From assembly GCA_964532425.1 (NCBI GenBank), contig CAZHIA010000006.1, forward strand, positions 1,343 through 65,342: a stretch of 64,000 nt of DNA. The letters run 5' to 3'. Made by a program: the position numbers and the translations under genes. Positions 28,057 to 37,048 of the stretch are shown here, piece by piece (the first letter of the stretch is position 1; the number at the start of each line of letters is the position of its first letter). The stretch is from an uncultured Candidatus Saccharibacteria bacterium. GTDB lineage: Bacteria; Patescibacteriota; Doudnabacteria; UBA920. Under the pieces are notes generated by a model. It was not told the origin of the DNA. It was given only the letters and a program-made list of their open reading frames with translations, and did no database searches.

Positions 28057-28902
28057 ATGGAAAATGAGTTTTGGAAAACCTACGGCCACGAGGCGCAAAA
28101 GCGCCTGTTGGAGCGGCAGTTAATAGCCAGACAGCTGCCTCATGCCTACCTGTTTACCGGGCCGTCCGGTATCGGAAAGAAAGCGCTTGCCGTGGAATTT
28201 GCAGGGAAAATTTTACAGACCAAAAATCCAGCAAGCCACCCTGACTTTTTTTTATTTGAATCGCAGGGCGATATCTTGCTCGAGCAGATGAAGGAATTCC
28301 AATCCCGACTATCGCTGAAGCCATTTGCGGGAAAGCATTCGGTTGCCATTCTGGATGGGGCAGAGCGCATGAACCTGCAGAGTGCTAATGCGCTCCTGAA
28401 AAGCCTGGAGGAACCGGCCGCAAATACCATAGCCATTCTCATTGCATCCAATAACCGGGTACTGCCGACGATCATCTCCCGCTGCCAGCAGCTGTCCTTC
28501 CACTCATTCAGCCTGGCACAGCTTCGTGAATTCTGTGCAGCTAGAGGATTGCAATGCACGCCGGAGGCGCTTGAAGTATGCTCCGGCTCCGTTGGCACGC
28601 TGACAAGCATGTTGGCTGGCGGAACGGCGGATGGGAATTTTCGGTTGATTGAACGTTTTGAGTCACTGCTTCGGGCCCCGCTTTCGGAACGACTGCTCGC
28701 CGCAACGGAGTTTGCCGAAAAAGAGCCGGAAGAATTGGAACGGATTTTCATCCTTTGGCTGAACGGGGCCAGGCGCCGTCTTGCACAGGATCCTGCCTGT
28801 TACCGGACGGCATGGCGCCTGCTCGACGCCTTGCAATCTATACGCACCAATAAAAATAAAAAATTAATTCTCCAAGGGTTGCTGCTCAACCCATCGCTAT
28901 GA
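28057..28902 (+). CDS. holB: DNA polymerase III delta-prime subunit (clamp-loader AAA+)
   Basis: YLFTGPSGIGKKALAVEFAGKIL Walker A context, SRC-like region; start ATG 28057 (track TTG 28030). Confidence 0.7.
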   Translation: MENEFWKTYGHEAQKRLLERQLIARQLPHAYLFTGPSGIGKKALAVEFAGKILQTKNPASHPDFFLFESQGDILLEQMKEFQSRLSLKPFAGKHSVAILDGAERMNLQSANALLKSLEEPAANTIAILIASNNRVLPTIISRCQQLSFHSFSLAQLREFCAARGLQCTPEALEVCSGSVGTLTSMLAGGTADGNFRLIERFESLLRAPLSERLLAATEFAEKEPEELERIFILWLNGARRRLAQDPACYRTAWRLLDALQSIRTNKNKKLILQGLLLNPSL

Positions 28903-29960
28903 AACCATATACATATGCTCTGACAATTGCGGCCGTTATGTTCTTGGCCGCTTCCTGCAATCCGTTCTCAAAGCCTGCAGGCGGCGGTGTCATTAAAACC
29001 GTGAACGGCGGAGCTGATTGGCAGTTTTCGAACGCCATGAAGAACGTTAAAAATGGGTCGCTCGCAACGCTGAATGTCTCCCGGATCATGCTGGACCCTG
29101 GTAATAGAGAAACCGTGTATGTCGGGGGTTATAACGGCGGATTATACAAGTCGGAAGATTCAGGGACGACGTGGACCCGGATTCTCTCTAAGATTTTCGT
29201 CTACGACTTTGCCATCCATCCGTCCGACAGCAAGACTATCTATGCTGCGGGATTCTATGATGGGCATGGCCGCGTGCTGTATACCAAAGACGGGGGAGCA
29301 ACCTGGCAAGAAGTCTACAATGAAGCCAGCGCGGATAATCCGGTGTGGGCCCTGGCTTTGAACCCTTCTAATCCCAGCCAATTGGCCATCGGTACCGGTA
29401 CCGGCGCGATCATTACGAGTTCGGATGCTGGATTGTCATGGCGGCTATGGAAAAATTTGGAAGATCGCGTATCCCGGATCGCTTGGCAAGGACAATCAGT
29501 GTACGTGCTCGCCAAAACAAAAGGCTTGTATCAGGCCGCTGCCTTAGGAGGCGACCTGACAACCTTGACCAAGCAACTCACCGGATCACCAACGGACATT
29601 TTGTCAGATCAGTATGCCAAGTCGTTCAATCAGATGTATATTGACCCGGTGACCACCTCGCTGATGTATGTAACCACCGATCGGGGGCTTTATAAAAGCA
29701 CGGACGGCGGCAAAAACTGGAATTACCTGAAGCTGCCGGTACAGGGCGGGCAGGCGAACGCCCGCGCTATTGCCGTGTCGAAAAGCAGCAGTAACGTCGT
29801 CTTTACCAGTGTCGGCGCTACGGTATATAAATCGGTTGACGGAGGCCAGAATTTCCAGACTCAGAGCGTTGCCACGAACGGATTTATCAACTATATTTTA
29901 ATAGACCCCCAGTTGCCGCAGATCGCGTACGGCGGGATCTATGTGCAGGGACAGCAATAG
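28899..29960 (+). CDS. Lipoprotein with BNR/Asp-box repeats (Ycf48-like beta-propeller)
   Basis: Lipobox LAASC; repeated S-x-D-x-G-x-T/N-W motifs (SEDSGTTW, TKDGGATW, SSDAGLSW, STDGGKNW, SVDGGQNF); start overlaps holB stop (ATGA). Confidence 0.65.
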   Translation: MKPYTYALTIAAVMFLAASCNPFSKPAGGGVIKTVNGGADWQFSNAMKNVKNGSLATLNVSRIMLDPGNRETVYVGGYNGGLYKSEDSGTTWTRILSKIFVYDFAIHPSDSKTIYAAGFYDGHGRVLYTKDGGATWQEVYNEASADNPVWALALNPSNPSQLAIGTGTGAIITSSDAGLSWRLWKNLEDRVSRIAWQGQSVYVLAKTKGLYQAAALGGDLTTLTKQLTGSPTDILSDQYAKSFNQMYIDPVTTSLMYVTTDRGLYKSTDGGKNWNYLKLPVQGGQANARAIAVSKSSSNVVFTSVGATVYKSVDGGQNFQTQSVATNGFINYILIDPQLPQIAYGGIYVQGQQ

Positions 29961-30021
29961 TTCAAAATTCAAAGTGCAAAATTCAAAATTTTGAACTTTT
30001 CATTTTTAACTTTTAATTCTC

Positions 30022-30579
30022 ATGATTGATAGTATAATCAACACTCATAAGCCCGATTTTGACAAGGTTATCGAGCATTATAAATTTGAACTCGGCAGCG
30101 TCCGCACCGGACGGGCAAACCCGGCGCTGCTGTCGACGGTTCAGGTGGAAAGCTATGGGGCCAAGATGCCGCTCGAACATGTTGCTTCCGTTACGGTTTC
30201 GGACGCACGGACTTTGACCATCAGTCCATGGGACAAAGGGCAGATCCAGGCAATCGAGAAAGGCATTCAGATGGCTAATTTGGGATTCAATCCGTCCAAT
30301 GACGGCGTGGTCATCCGCATTACGCTGCCTCCGCTCAATGAGGAGCGCCGCAAGGAAATGGTTAAGCTCATTGGCCAGCTGGCGGAGAAAGCGCGGATTG
30401 GCATCCGGAATGCGCGGGAAGATATTTTGAAGGAAGTCAAACGCAATGAAAGCGACGGCAAGATCAGCAAGGACGATTTGGCTCATGCACAAAAGAAAGT
30501 ACAGGATATTGTCGACAAGCTCAATGACGAGGTCAAGCAGCTAGCAGAAGCGAAAGAGAAAGATGTGATGACGGTGTAA
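30022..30579 (+). CDS. frr: Ribosome recycling factor
   Basis: 185 aa; canonical RRF sequence HYKFELGSVRTGRANPALLSTVQVESYG... Confidence 0.9.
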   Translation: MIDSIINTHKPDFDKVIEHYKFELGSVRTGRANPALLSTVQVESYGAKMPLEHVASVTVSDARTLTISPWDKGQIQAIEKGIQMANLGFNPSNDGVVIRITLPPLNEERRKEMVKLIGQLAEKARIGIRNAREDILKEVKRNESDGKISKDDLAHAQKKVQDIVDKLNDEVKQLAEAKEKDVMTV

Positions 30580-30589
30580 CTTTACAGTT

Positions 30590-30666
30590 GAACATTTGAC
30601 ACTTGACATGTGACATTTGACCAACTGCAGCCGGTTACATGTCAATGGTCAAAGGTTAATGTTGAA
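30590..30666. repeat. TGACATTTGACC-family hairpin element (copy R3)
   Basis: Arms GAACATTTGACACTTGACATGTGACATTTGACC / GTTACATGTCAATGGTCAAAGGTTAATGTTGAA; loop AACTGCAGCCG. Confidence 0.65.
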
Positions 30667-30725
30667 TAGAGCTTTAGTCCATTGATATATATTAGCTATT
30701 AGTTTAATCAAAAAAATAGGAATAG

Positions 30726-31862
30726 ATGTTGTTGACTACAATTACTTTTATCATCGTGTTCGGCGTCCTCGTCTTCGTTCACGAATTCGGGCATTTTTGG
30801 GTGGCCAAAAAAAGCGGAATGAAGGTGGACGAATTCGGGTTCGGTTTTCCGCCGCGCCTTGCAGGAATACAGCGGACGAACGGCAGGTGGTCATTTGTCT
30901 GGGGGCATAAACCGCCTCAGGATCCCGAGCAGACCGTTTATTCAATCAACTGGATCCCGCTCGGCGGTTTCGTCAAGATCGTTGGGGAAAACAATGACCA
31001 TGAAGAAGATCCCCGCAGCTTCGTCAACCGCCCGTTCTGGGGCCGCTTTTTTACCCTGGTAGCCGGAGTCTTTATGAATGTGGTGCTAGCCTGGGTGCTT
31101 ATCTCCATCGGTTTCATGATCAATTTGCCGGCGGAGATTAGCGGACCTTCGACGCCGCCCGCCCACGCCATCATTTCCAAGCCGCAGGTTATGATCCGCG
31201 ACTTGGTTGCTGGCTCTCCCGCGCAAAAGGCCGGCGCACAAGCCGGGGATATTATCCTTTCAGTCGATGGGAACCGTTTTATCGATTATGACCAGGTCCG
31301 TTCGTATATTCAGGGTAAGCCCGAACAGAATATCCAGTTCATACTTCAGCGTACGGATAAATCCGTTTCCCTGACTGTCCATGCCGACCGTTCCCAGGAG
31401 AGCGGCAAGGGCATGGTTGGGATTGAGATGGCGAATATTGCCAATGTCCGCTATCCGTGGTATTTGGCCTTCACTGAAGGGGCTAAGGGCGTGTTCTACC
31501 AGGCGTACAATATCGTGTCCGGGCTCGGACAGCTGGTGAGCGGCCATGTGGGTCTTAAGAGCCTCGGCGGTCCCGTCAAGATTGCCCAGCTGACCGGCCA
31601 GGCCCAGCGTCTGGGATTCATTTATTTGATGCAATTCGCTGCCTTCTTGAGCCTGAATCTGGCGATTTTAAATATTCTGCCGTTCCCGGCTCTCGATGGC
31701 GGGCGGGTATTGTTCCTGTTCATCGGCTGGTTCGTTGAAAAAATTACCGGAAAGAAGAATATCAACTTGCGGAACATCGAGCAGTGGGTCAACACCGTGG
31801 GGTTTGTGCTTCTTGTTTTGCTCATGCTGGCAGTGACGGTGAAGGATGTTATACAAAGGTAG
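30726..31862 (+). CDS. rseP: RseP-like site-2 protease (M50 zinc metalloprotease with PDZ domain)
   Basis: HEFGHFWVAKKSG HEXXH in first TM; PDZ-like segment; LDGG motif in C-terminal TM. Confidence 0.85.
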   Translation: MLLTTITFIIVFGVLVFVHEFGHFWVAKKSGMKVDEFGFGFPPRLAGIQRTNGRWSFVWGHKPPQDPEQTVYSINWIPLGGFVKIVGENNDHEEDPRSFVNRPFWGRFFTLVAGVFMNVVLAWVLISIGFMINLPAEISGPSTPPAHAIISKPQVMIRDLVAGSPAQKAGAQAGDIILSVDGNRFIDYDQVRSYIQGKPEQNIQFILQRTDKSVSLTVHADRSQESGKGMVGIEMANIANVRYPWYLAFTEGAKGVFYQAYNIVSGLGQLVSGHVGLKSLGGPVKIAQLTGQAQRLGFIYLMQFAAFLSLNLAILNILPFPALDGGRVLFLFIGWFVEKITGKKNINLRNIEQWVNTVGFVLLVLLMLAVTVKDVIQR

Positions 31863-31868
31863 AAATTT

Positions 31869-32327
31869 GTTCCCCCTCTTCTCCTTAAGGAGAAGATGCC
31901 CGAAGGGCAGATGAGGTGATGTATGGCACTCGATCCAAAACTCATCGAGAGGTCCCGGCGACTTCGCAGAAACCAAACTCCCTGGGAAAAGAAAATGTGG
32001 GCACGGCTCAAAAATCGGGGCCTTGGTGGATACAAGTTCCGAAGGCAATTTGTGTTTGGAAATTATGTATTTGATTTTTGTTGCCAAGAACGGCTATTAT
32101 TAATAGAACTCGACGGTTCTCAGCATGTAATGGCGGAGAATATCTTAAGGGATGAGGAGAAAAAGGCTTCTGCCAGAAAAGCCGGGTACAAGGTATTGCG
32201 ATTCAACAATTCTGATATCGACAAAAATTTCGAAGGGGTATTGCAAGCTATTCTATCAGTTATTAAACTATGACCTCATTTGTCCGCCGAAGGCGGACAT
32301 CTTCTCCTAGAAGGAGAAGAGGGGAAC
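31869..32327. mobile_element. DUF559 endonuclease cassette bounded by 15-bp perfect inverted repeats
   Basis: Left GTTCCCCCTCTTCTCC-TTAA-GGAGAAG (31869-31895); right CTTCTCC-TAGAA-GGAGAAGAGGGGAAC (32301-32327); outer 15 bp are exact reverse complements; extra palindrome TGTCCGCCGAAGGCGGACA 32281-32299. Confidence 0.45.
31923..32273 (+). CDS. DUF559 domain protein (Vsr-like restriction-endonuclease fold)
   Basis: 116 aa; TPWEKKMW...FRRQFVFGNYVFDFCC...LLIELDGSQH pattern; about 50 percent identical to 50179-50526. Confidence 0.75.
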   Translation: MALDPKLIERSRRLRRNQTPWEKKMWARLKNRGLGGYKFRRQFVFGNYVFDFCCQERLLLIELDGSQHVMAENILRDEEKKASARKAGYKVLRFNNSDIDKNFEGVLQAILSVIKL

Positions 32328-32337
32328 AGGGAACATT

Positions 32338-34038
32338 ATGCGTCAATCGAAATATTTTTTAAAAACTAGCAAGACCGTTTCGGAAGAGGACAAGACCGCT
32401 TCGGCGCGGCTGCTGAAGCAGGCCGGGTTCATCCGCGAATCGGTAGCGGGTCGTTATTATTTTCTGCCTGCCGGCCAGCGGGTCCAGCAGAAGATCATGG
32501 ATATCATTCGGGAAGAGATGAATGCCGCCAGTGCCCAGGAAATGCTGGCCCCGACTTTGCACCCGCTCGAACTGTGGAAGGAGACGAACCGGACGAGCAC
32601 GACGGGGTTTGAACTCATGAAAGTCAAGGATCGCCGGGAGAGTGAGTTCGCCCTGGGTGGTACGGCAGAAGAAATGTTCGTTGACCTGGTACGGAAATTC
32701 GAGATCAGTTATAAGGATTTGCCGTTCAACCTCTATCAATTTTCCAACAAGTTCCGCGACGAGCTGCGTGCCCGCGGCGGACTCTTGCGCGTGCGGGAAT
32801 TCATTATGAAGGATGCCTACTCGTTCCATCGCGATGAGGCGGATTTCCGCACGGAATACGAAAAGATGAAAACGGTCTACCATCGGATTTTCGAGCGGAT
32901 GGGTCTGGAAACTGCTATTGTCGAATCTGATAACGGTTATATCGGCGGTGAGTACTGTCATGAGTTTATTGTCGAATCAGAGGTGGGGGAGAGTCGATTT
33001 TTTGCGACTGAAGACGGCAGCTATGCAGCCCATGAAGATGTAGCTAAATTCGTCCGTTACAGCGAGGAAGCGGCTGAGGAGTTGAAATCTCGGGAGGACG
33101 TGGAGGGGGTTGGGATTATCGGCGTAGAGGAATTGGCCAAATTTTTGAAAATTCCAGCAGAGAAGACTACGAAGACTATTTTGTTCGAAACGGAAAAAGG
33201 TGAAGTTATTGCCGCTGCGGTCAATGGCATCTATGACGTTAATGAGGTTAAACTCCAGCATGCGGTCGGCTGCAGCCAGCTGACACTGGCCAGTCAGGAA
33301 ACGGTTAAGAAGGTCACCGGAGCGGAGATTGGCTATGCCGGCATACTGAACCTGCCGCCTGAGGTCAAGGTATTTATGGATGAATCACTCCAGGGGCGCA
33401 GTAACTTCGAATGCGGTGCTAACAAGACAAACTTCCATTCCGTCAACATCAACTTCGGGCGTGACCTGCCGCTGCCGGAACGGTTTTATGATATCGCTTT
33501 GGCCAAAGAAGGGTGCCTGGCTCCTGATGGCAAGCAGAAACTGGTAGAAAAACGCGGCATAGAAGTCGGTAATATTTTCCAACTCGGCTATCACTATTCC
33601 AAGCTTATGCAAGGGGCAACATTCACCGACACGGACGGTTTGCAACAGCCCTACTATATGGGATGTTACGGTATCGGTCTGGGTCGATCCATGGCCGCAG
33701 TCGTGGAAAAACATCATGACGATAAAGGGATGATGTGGCCGGACCAGGTTGCGCCGTTTGCTGTCCATTTGATTGCACTGAATGTCGACAAGCCGGAGGT
33801 TAAGGCGGCGGCGGATGATTTGTATGGAAAACTGCTTGCCGCTGGCGTGGAAGTATTGTATGATGACAGGGAAGCGAGTGCGGGAGTCAAATTCGCCGAT
33901 AGTGATCTTGTCGGTATTCCGGCTCGCATCGTTATCTCGACAAAAACCCTGGCTTCGCAATCAGCAGAGTTGAAAAAAAGAACCGAAGAAAAAGCGGAAT
34001 TGGTGCCCATCGAGAGCCTTATCGCCTCATATAAATAA
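32338..34038 (+). CDS. proS: Prolyl-tRNA synthetase (bacterial type with editing insertion)
   Basis: 566 aa; class II motifs, LKQAGFIRESVAGRYYFLPAG N-terminus. Confidence 0.9.
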   Translation: MRQSKYFLKTSKTVSEEDKTASARLLKQAGFIRESVAGRYYFLPAGQRVQQKIMDIIREEMNAASAQEMLAPTLHPLELWKETNRTSTTGFELMKVKDRRESEFALGGTAEEMFVDLVRKFEISYKDLPFNLYQFSNKFRDELRARGGLLRVREFIMKDAYSFHRDEADFRTEYEKMKTVYHRIFERMGLETAIVESDNGYIGGEYCHEFIVESEVGESRFFATEDGSYAAHEDVAKFVRYSEEAAEELKSREDVEGVGIIGVEELAKFLKIPAEKTTKTILFETEKGEVIAAAVNGIYDVNEVKLQHAVGCSQLTLASQETVKKVTGAEIGYAGILNLPPEVKVFMDESLQGRSNFECGANKTNFHSVNINFGRDLPLPERFYDIALAKEGCLAPDGKQKLVEKRGIEVGNIFQLGYHYSKLMQGATFTDTDGLQQPYYMGCYGIGLGRSMAAVVEKHHDDKGMMWPDQVAPFAVHLIALNVDKPEVKAAADDLYGKLLAAGVEVLYDDREASAGVKFADSDLVGIPARIVISTKTLASQSAELKKRTEEKAELVPIESLIASYK

Positions 34039-34064
34039 CCGATAGGTGGTCTGAAAACCAAAAT

Positions 34065-34102
34065 AAAACTAAAAATGCAATGTTATATGCATTTTTAGTT
34101 TT
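34065..34102 (+). terminator. AT-rich perfect 15-bp hairpin after proS
   Basis: AAAACTAAAAATGCA-ATGTTAT-TGCATTTTTAGTTTT. Confidence 0.5.
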
Positions 34103-34135
34103 ATATTGTCTTGGTGAAAGTTGTCACGTTTTGTA

Positions 34136-34300
34136 GAGGCAGGTATGAGGCAGGCAGGCTGGATAAAATTTGTTTTGCCTTCCGCCTTGCTTGCCTACCG
34201 GTAGGCAAGCCCACCCAGTACTTGCGTTTTAACACCCTTCAGTGATGGCAAGGCGTGGGGCAAAAAATTTTACCAACCTGCCTGCCTCACCGGGACACGA
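34136..34300 (+). ncRNA. Candidate structured RNA region between proS and mreB (unclassified)
   Basis: 12-nt long-range complement GAGGCAGGCAGG (34147-34158) / CCTGCCTGCCTC (34277-34288) enclosing inner palindrome CTTGCCTACCGGTAGGCAAG (34190-34209) and GC-rich segments; no ORF. Confidence 0.3.
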
Positions 34301-34362
34301 AAAATTAACTAGTCGCCCGTCTTTCATACAAATACTTAAAATTTTAATAACCAAATTATCAA

Positions 34363-35415
34363 GTGCTAGAAAAAGTCTACCAAAAATTCAGCAAAGACAT
34401 TGGCATTGATCTGGGTACGGCCAACACGCTGGTCTATGTCAAAGGCAAGGGGATCGTGATCAACGAGCCGTCCGTGGTCGCGGTTAATCAGCGTACCAAA
34501 CAGATCCTGGCCATCGGCAACGAAGCCAAGCGCATGGTCGGCCGTACGCCTCCCCACATTGTCGCTACCCGCCCGCTCGTGGACGGGGTGATTTCCGATT
34601 TCGAAGTGACCGAGCAGATGCTGCGGTATTTTATCGACAAAGTGCACGCGCAGACATATTCGTTCCTTCGCCGGCCGCGCGTAGTCATTGGCATTCCTTC
34701 GGGCGTGACCGAAGTGGAAAAGCGCGCGGTACAGGATGCCTCCATTAATGCCGGGGCGAGCCAGGCCTTTTTGATAGAAGAACCGATGGCCGCGGCTATT
34801 GGCAGTCGTTTGCCGGTCCAAGATCCGCAAGGCTCCATGATTGTCGACATTGGCGGCGGTACGGCTGAGATTGCGGTTATTTCGCTAGGCGGCATTGTCA
34901 TTTCCCGGAGCATTCGGGTGGCCGGTGACGAAATGAACGAGAATATCATCCAATATGCCCGCGAAAATTTCAATCTGCTGCTTGGCGAGCGGTCAGCCGA
35001 GGAAGTCAAGATTAAAATCGGCAGCGCCTATCCGCAGGAAGAACCGCTGTTTGCCCAGATGCGCGGGCGCGATTTAGTCTCCGGCCTGCCGAAAGAAGTG
35101 ACGATCAATGATACCCAGGTGCGCGAAGCGCTCCTGCCCTCGTTGCGGGTCATTGTCAATAATATTAAGAATGTTATTGAAGAAATTCCTCCGGAAATTA
35201 TTTCCGACATTATGCACCGCGGTATTGTCCTAGCCGGAGGGGGTGCTCTCTTGCGCGGTTTGGACCGTCTGGTCAACGAGACGACTTCCATGCCGATCAC
35301 CGTAGCTGAAGATCCGCTGACCTGCGTAGCCCGCGGTGCCGGCGTGGTCGTGGAAGACCTGGAGACTTTGAAAGACGTCCTGGTGGCGACGGAGTTTAGC
35401 AGCCTGCCGAGATAG
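34363..35415 (+). CDS. mreB: Rod shape-determining actin homologue MreB
   Basis: 350 aa; DIGIDLGTANTLVYVKGKGIVINEPSVVAV; GTG start at 34363. Confidence 0.9.
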   Translation: MLEKVYQKFSKDIGIDLGTANTLVYVKGKGIVINEPSVVAVNQRTKQILAIGNEAKRMVGRTPPHIVATRPLVDGVISDFEVTEQMLRYFIDKVHAQTYSFLRRPRVVIGIPSGVTEVEKRAVQDASINAGASQAFLIEEPMAAAIGSRLPVQDPQGSMIVDIGGGTAEIAVISLGGIVISRSIRVAGDEMNENIIQYARENFNLLLGERSAEEVKIKIGSAYPQEEPLFAQMRGRDLVSGLPKEVTINDTQVREALLPSLRVIVNNIKNVIEEIPPEIISDIMHRGIVLAGGGALLRGLDRLVNETTSMPITVAEDPLTCVARGAGVVVEDLETLKDVLVATEFSSLPR

Positions 35416-35418
35416 CAA

Positions 35419-35492
35419 AACATTTAACATGTGACATTTGACCTTTGACATGTATCTCAGTTAAATGTCAATTGTCAAATGTCAAAGGTTGT
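35419..35492. repeat. TGACATTTGACC-family hairpin element (copy R4) inside the mreB-mreC operon
   Basis: Arms AACATTTAACATGTGACATTTGACCTTTGACATGT / TAAATGTCAATTGTCAAATGTCAAAGGTTGTT; ends 7 nt before mreC ATG. Confidence 0.65.
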
Positions 35493-35498
35493 TCTTAC

Positions 35499-36302
35499 AT
35501 GCGTTTCATTTATAGCCGTGTCTTTGGAATCTTCTTTGCCTGTCTCGTGGCCCTCGCAATATTGGTTTTTGCCGAAACCAAAGGCTGGCTGTTTCCAGTC
35601 CGCGAGGTGCTGCTGTCAGCTCCGCGCCCAGTTGCTGCTGCGGTCCGCGGCGTGGCCCGGCCGGTGAGCAATTTTTTCGCCACTATTTACCAGCTCAGGA
35701 ATATCACCCGCGAGAATGTTCAGCTTACTTCGCGCGTATCCGCGCTTGAGCAGGACCTTGTCCAGTTGGACCAGTATAAACGGGAAAACGACGCGCTCAA
35801 AGCCGAGCTTGGCTTTGCAGCCGCAGCCCGCCAATCATACCAAAGCTGCACAGTGCTGGCCTACAATCCTTTGAATCTGACCGATACGCTCCAATTAAAT
35901 TGCGGGAGCGAAGCGGGTATCCAGCAGGGGGCCGCGGTGGTCAGCCAGGGGTATCTTGTCGGGAAAGTCATGTATGTCACGCGCGGCTCCAGTACGGTGC
36001 TTTTGATCACCAGTTCCAAATTCCAGGCGGATGCGCGCGTCAGCAAGACCAATGCAGCGGGCATTATCGGCGGCTCCTTTAGTACCGGTATCATTCTGGA
36101 CCGGCTGTCGCAGAATGACGACCTGCAAAAAGGCTGGGTAGTTGTCACGGCGGGTATTAATTCCAACATTCCGAAAAACATTTTGGTAGGGCAGGTTGGG
36201 GATGTTATTTCCCACCCGAACGACCTGTTCAAAAAAGCCACCGTCTTGAGTCCTATTGACTACGAAAATATCAAGTTCGTGTTTGTGGCGAAAGGCCAAT
36301 AA
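35499..36302 (+). CDS. mreC: Rod shape-determining protein MreC
   Basis: N-terminal TM helix, coiled-coil then beta-rich domain; position after mreB; start ATG 35499 (track 35445). Confidence 0.7.
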   Translation: MRFIYSRVFGIFFACLVALAILVFAETKGWLFPVREVLLSAPRPVAAAVRGVARPVSNFFATIYQLRNITRENVQLTSRVSALEQDLVQLDQYKRENDALKAELGFAAAARQSYQSCTVLAYNPLNLTDTLQLNCGSEAGIQQGAAVVSQGYLVGKVMYVTRGSSTVLLITSSKFQADARVSKTNAAGIIGGSFSTGIILDRLSQNDDLQKGWVVVTAGINSNIPKNILVGQVGDVISHPNDLFKKATVLSPIDYENIKFVFVAKGQ

Positions 36303-36410
36303 TATAATTGACAAAATTTAAAAAATTGACATAATTGACAAAAATAAAATGCAGTCTGGTTTCCTAATTTTGTCAATTTTGTCAATTATGTCAATTTTGT
36401 CAATTAGTCT
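36303..36410. repeat. AT-rich palindromic TTGACAAAA/TTTTGTCAA element, left copy flanking mreD
   Basis: AAATTTAAAAAATTGACATAATTGACAAAA - ATAAAATGCAGTCTGGTTTCCTAATTTT - GTCAATTTTGTCAATTATGTCAATTTTGTCAATT. Confidence 0.55.
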
Positions 36411-36944
36411 ATGAAATACCTTCTCTACGCCCTCACCATCATCGTCCTCGCCGGTCTCAACATCGGTCTGTTCCCATTTATTCGTATTATGGGGGCCGCA
36501 CCGAGTTTGTTATTGGTTTTTTTGACTATCTCAGCGCTCGAGAAGGACTCCCTGGACTTTATTTTTATCGCGTTTTGTGGGGGGCTTATTGCGGATGCTT
36601 ATAGTGGTGCATACTTCGGTGCGTATACGCTGGCCTTTCTGTTGCTTTCCCTTCTGCTGTACCTGACCGTGCAGCGCTTGTTCGCCGTAAACATGAACTG
36701 GAAATACTTGGTAGTAACCATGGCCATTGTGACTATATTTGTCAATTGTGCAGTCTGGTTATACTCCGTGTTGGTCTATAAGGCAGGCTTGGCCCCGCTA
36801 GCCATAGAATGGCATCTGGTTCGCAAGCTGATACTTCCTGAATCGGCCTATAACATTTTGATGCTCTACCCCATCTACATTCTTTCCGTATTTTTGCGCA
36901 ACACCATTGCCGATCTGGCCATGAAGAAACACTACCTTAGGTAA
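36411..36944 (+). CDS. mreD: Putative rod shape-determining protein MreD (polytopic membrane protein)
   Basis: 177 aa, 5-6 TM helices, located between mreC and PBP2 gene; assignment by position and topology. Confidence 0.5.
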   Translation: MKYLLYALTIIVLAGLNIGLFPFIRIMGAAPSLLLVFLTISALEKDSLDFIFIAFCGGLIADAYSGAYFGAYTLAFLLLSLLLYLTVQRLFAVNMNWKYLVVTMAIVTIFVNCAVWLYSVLVYKAGLAPLAIEWHLVRKLILPESAYNILMLYPIYILSVFLRNTIADLAMKKHYLR

Positions 36945-36948
36945 TTGA

Positions 36949-37048
36949 GCAAAATTTAAAAAATTGACAAAATTGACAAAATTAGGAAACCAGACTGCAT
37001 TTTATTTTTGTCAATTATGTCAATTATGTCATTTTTGTCAATTCTTCT
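36949..37048. repeat. Same AT-rich palindromic element, right copy flanking mreD with inverted core
   Basis: Core AGGAAACCAGACTGCATTTTAT is the reverse complement of the core in 36303-36410 while the TTGACAAAA arms are in the same orientation. Confidence 0.55.
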
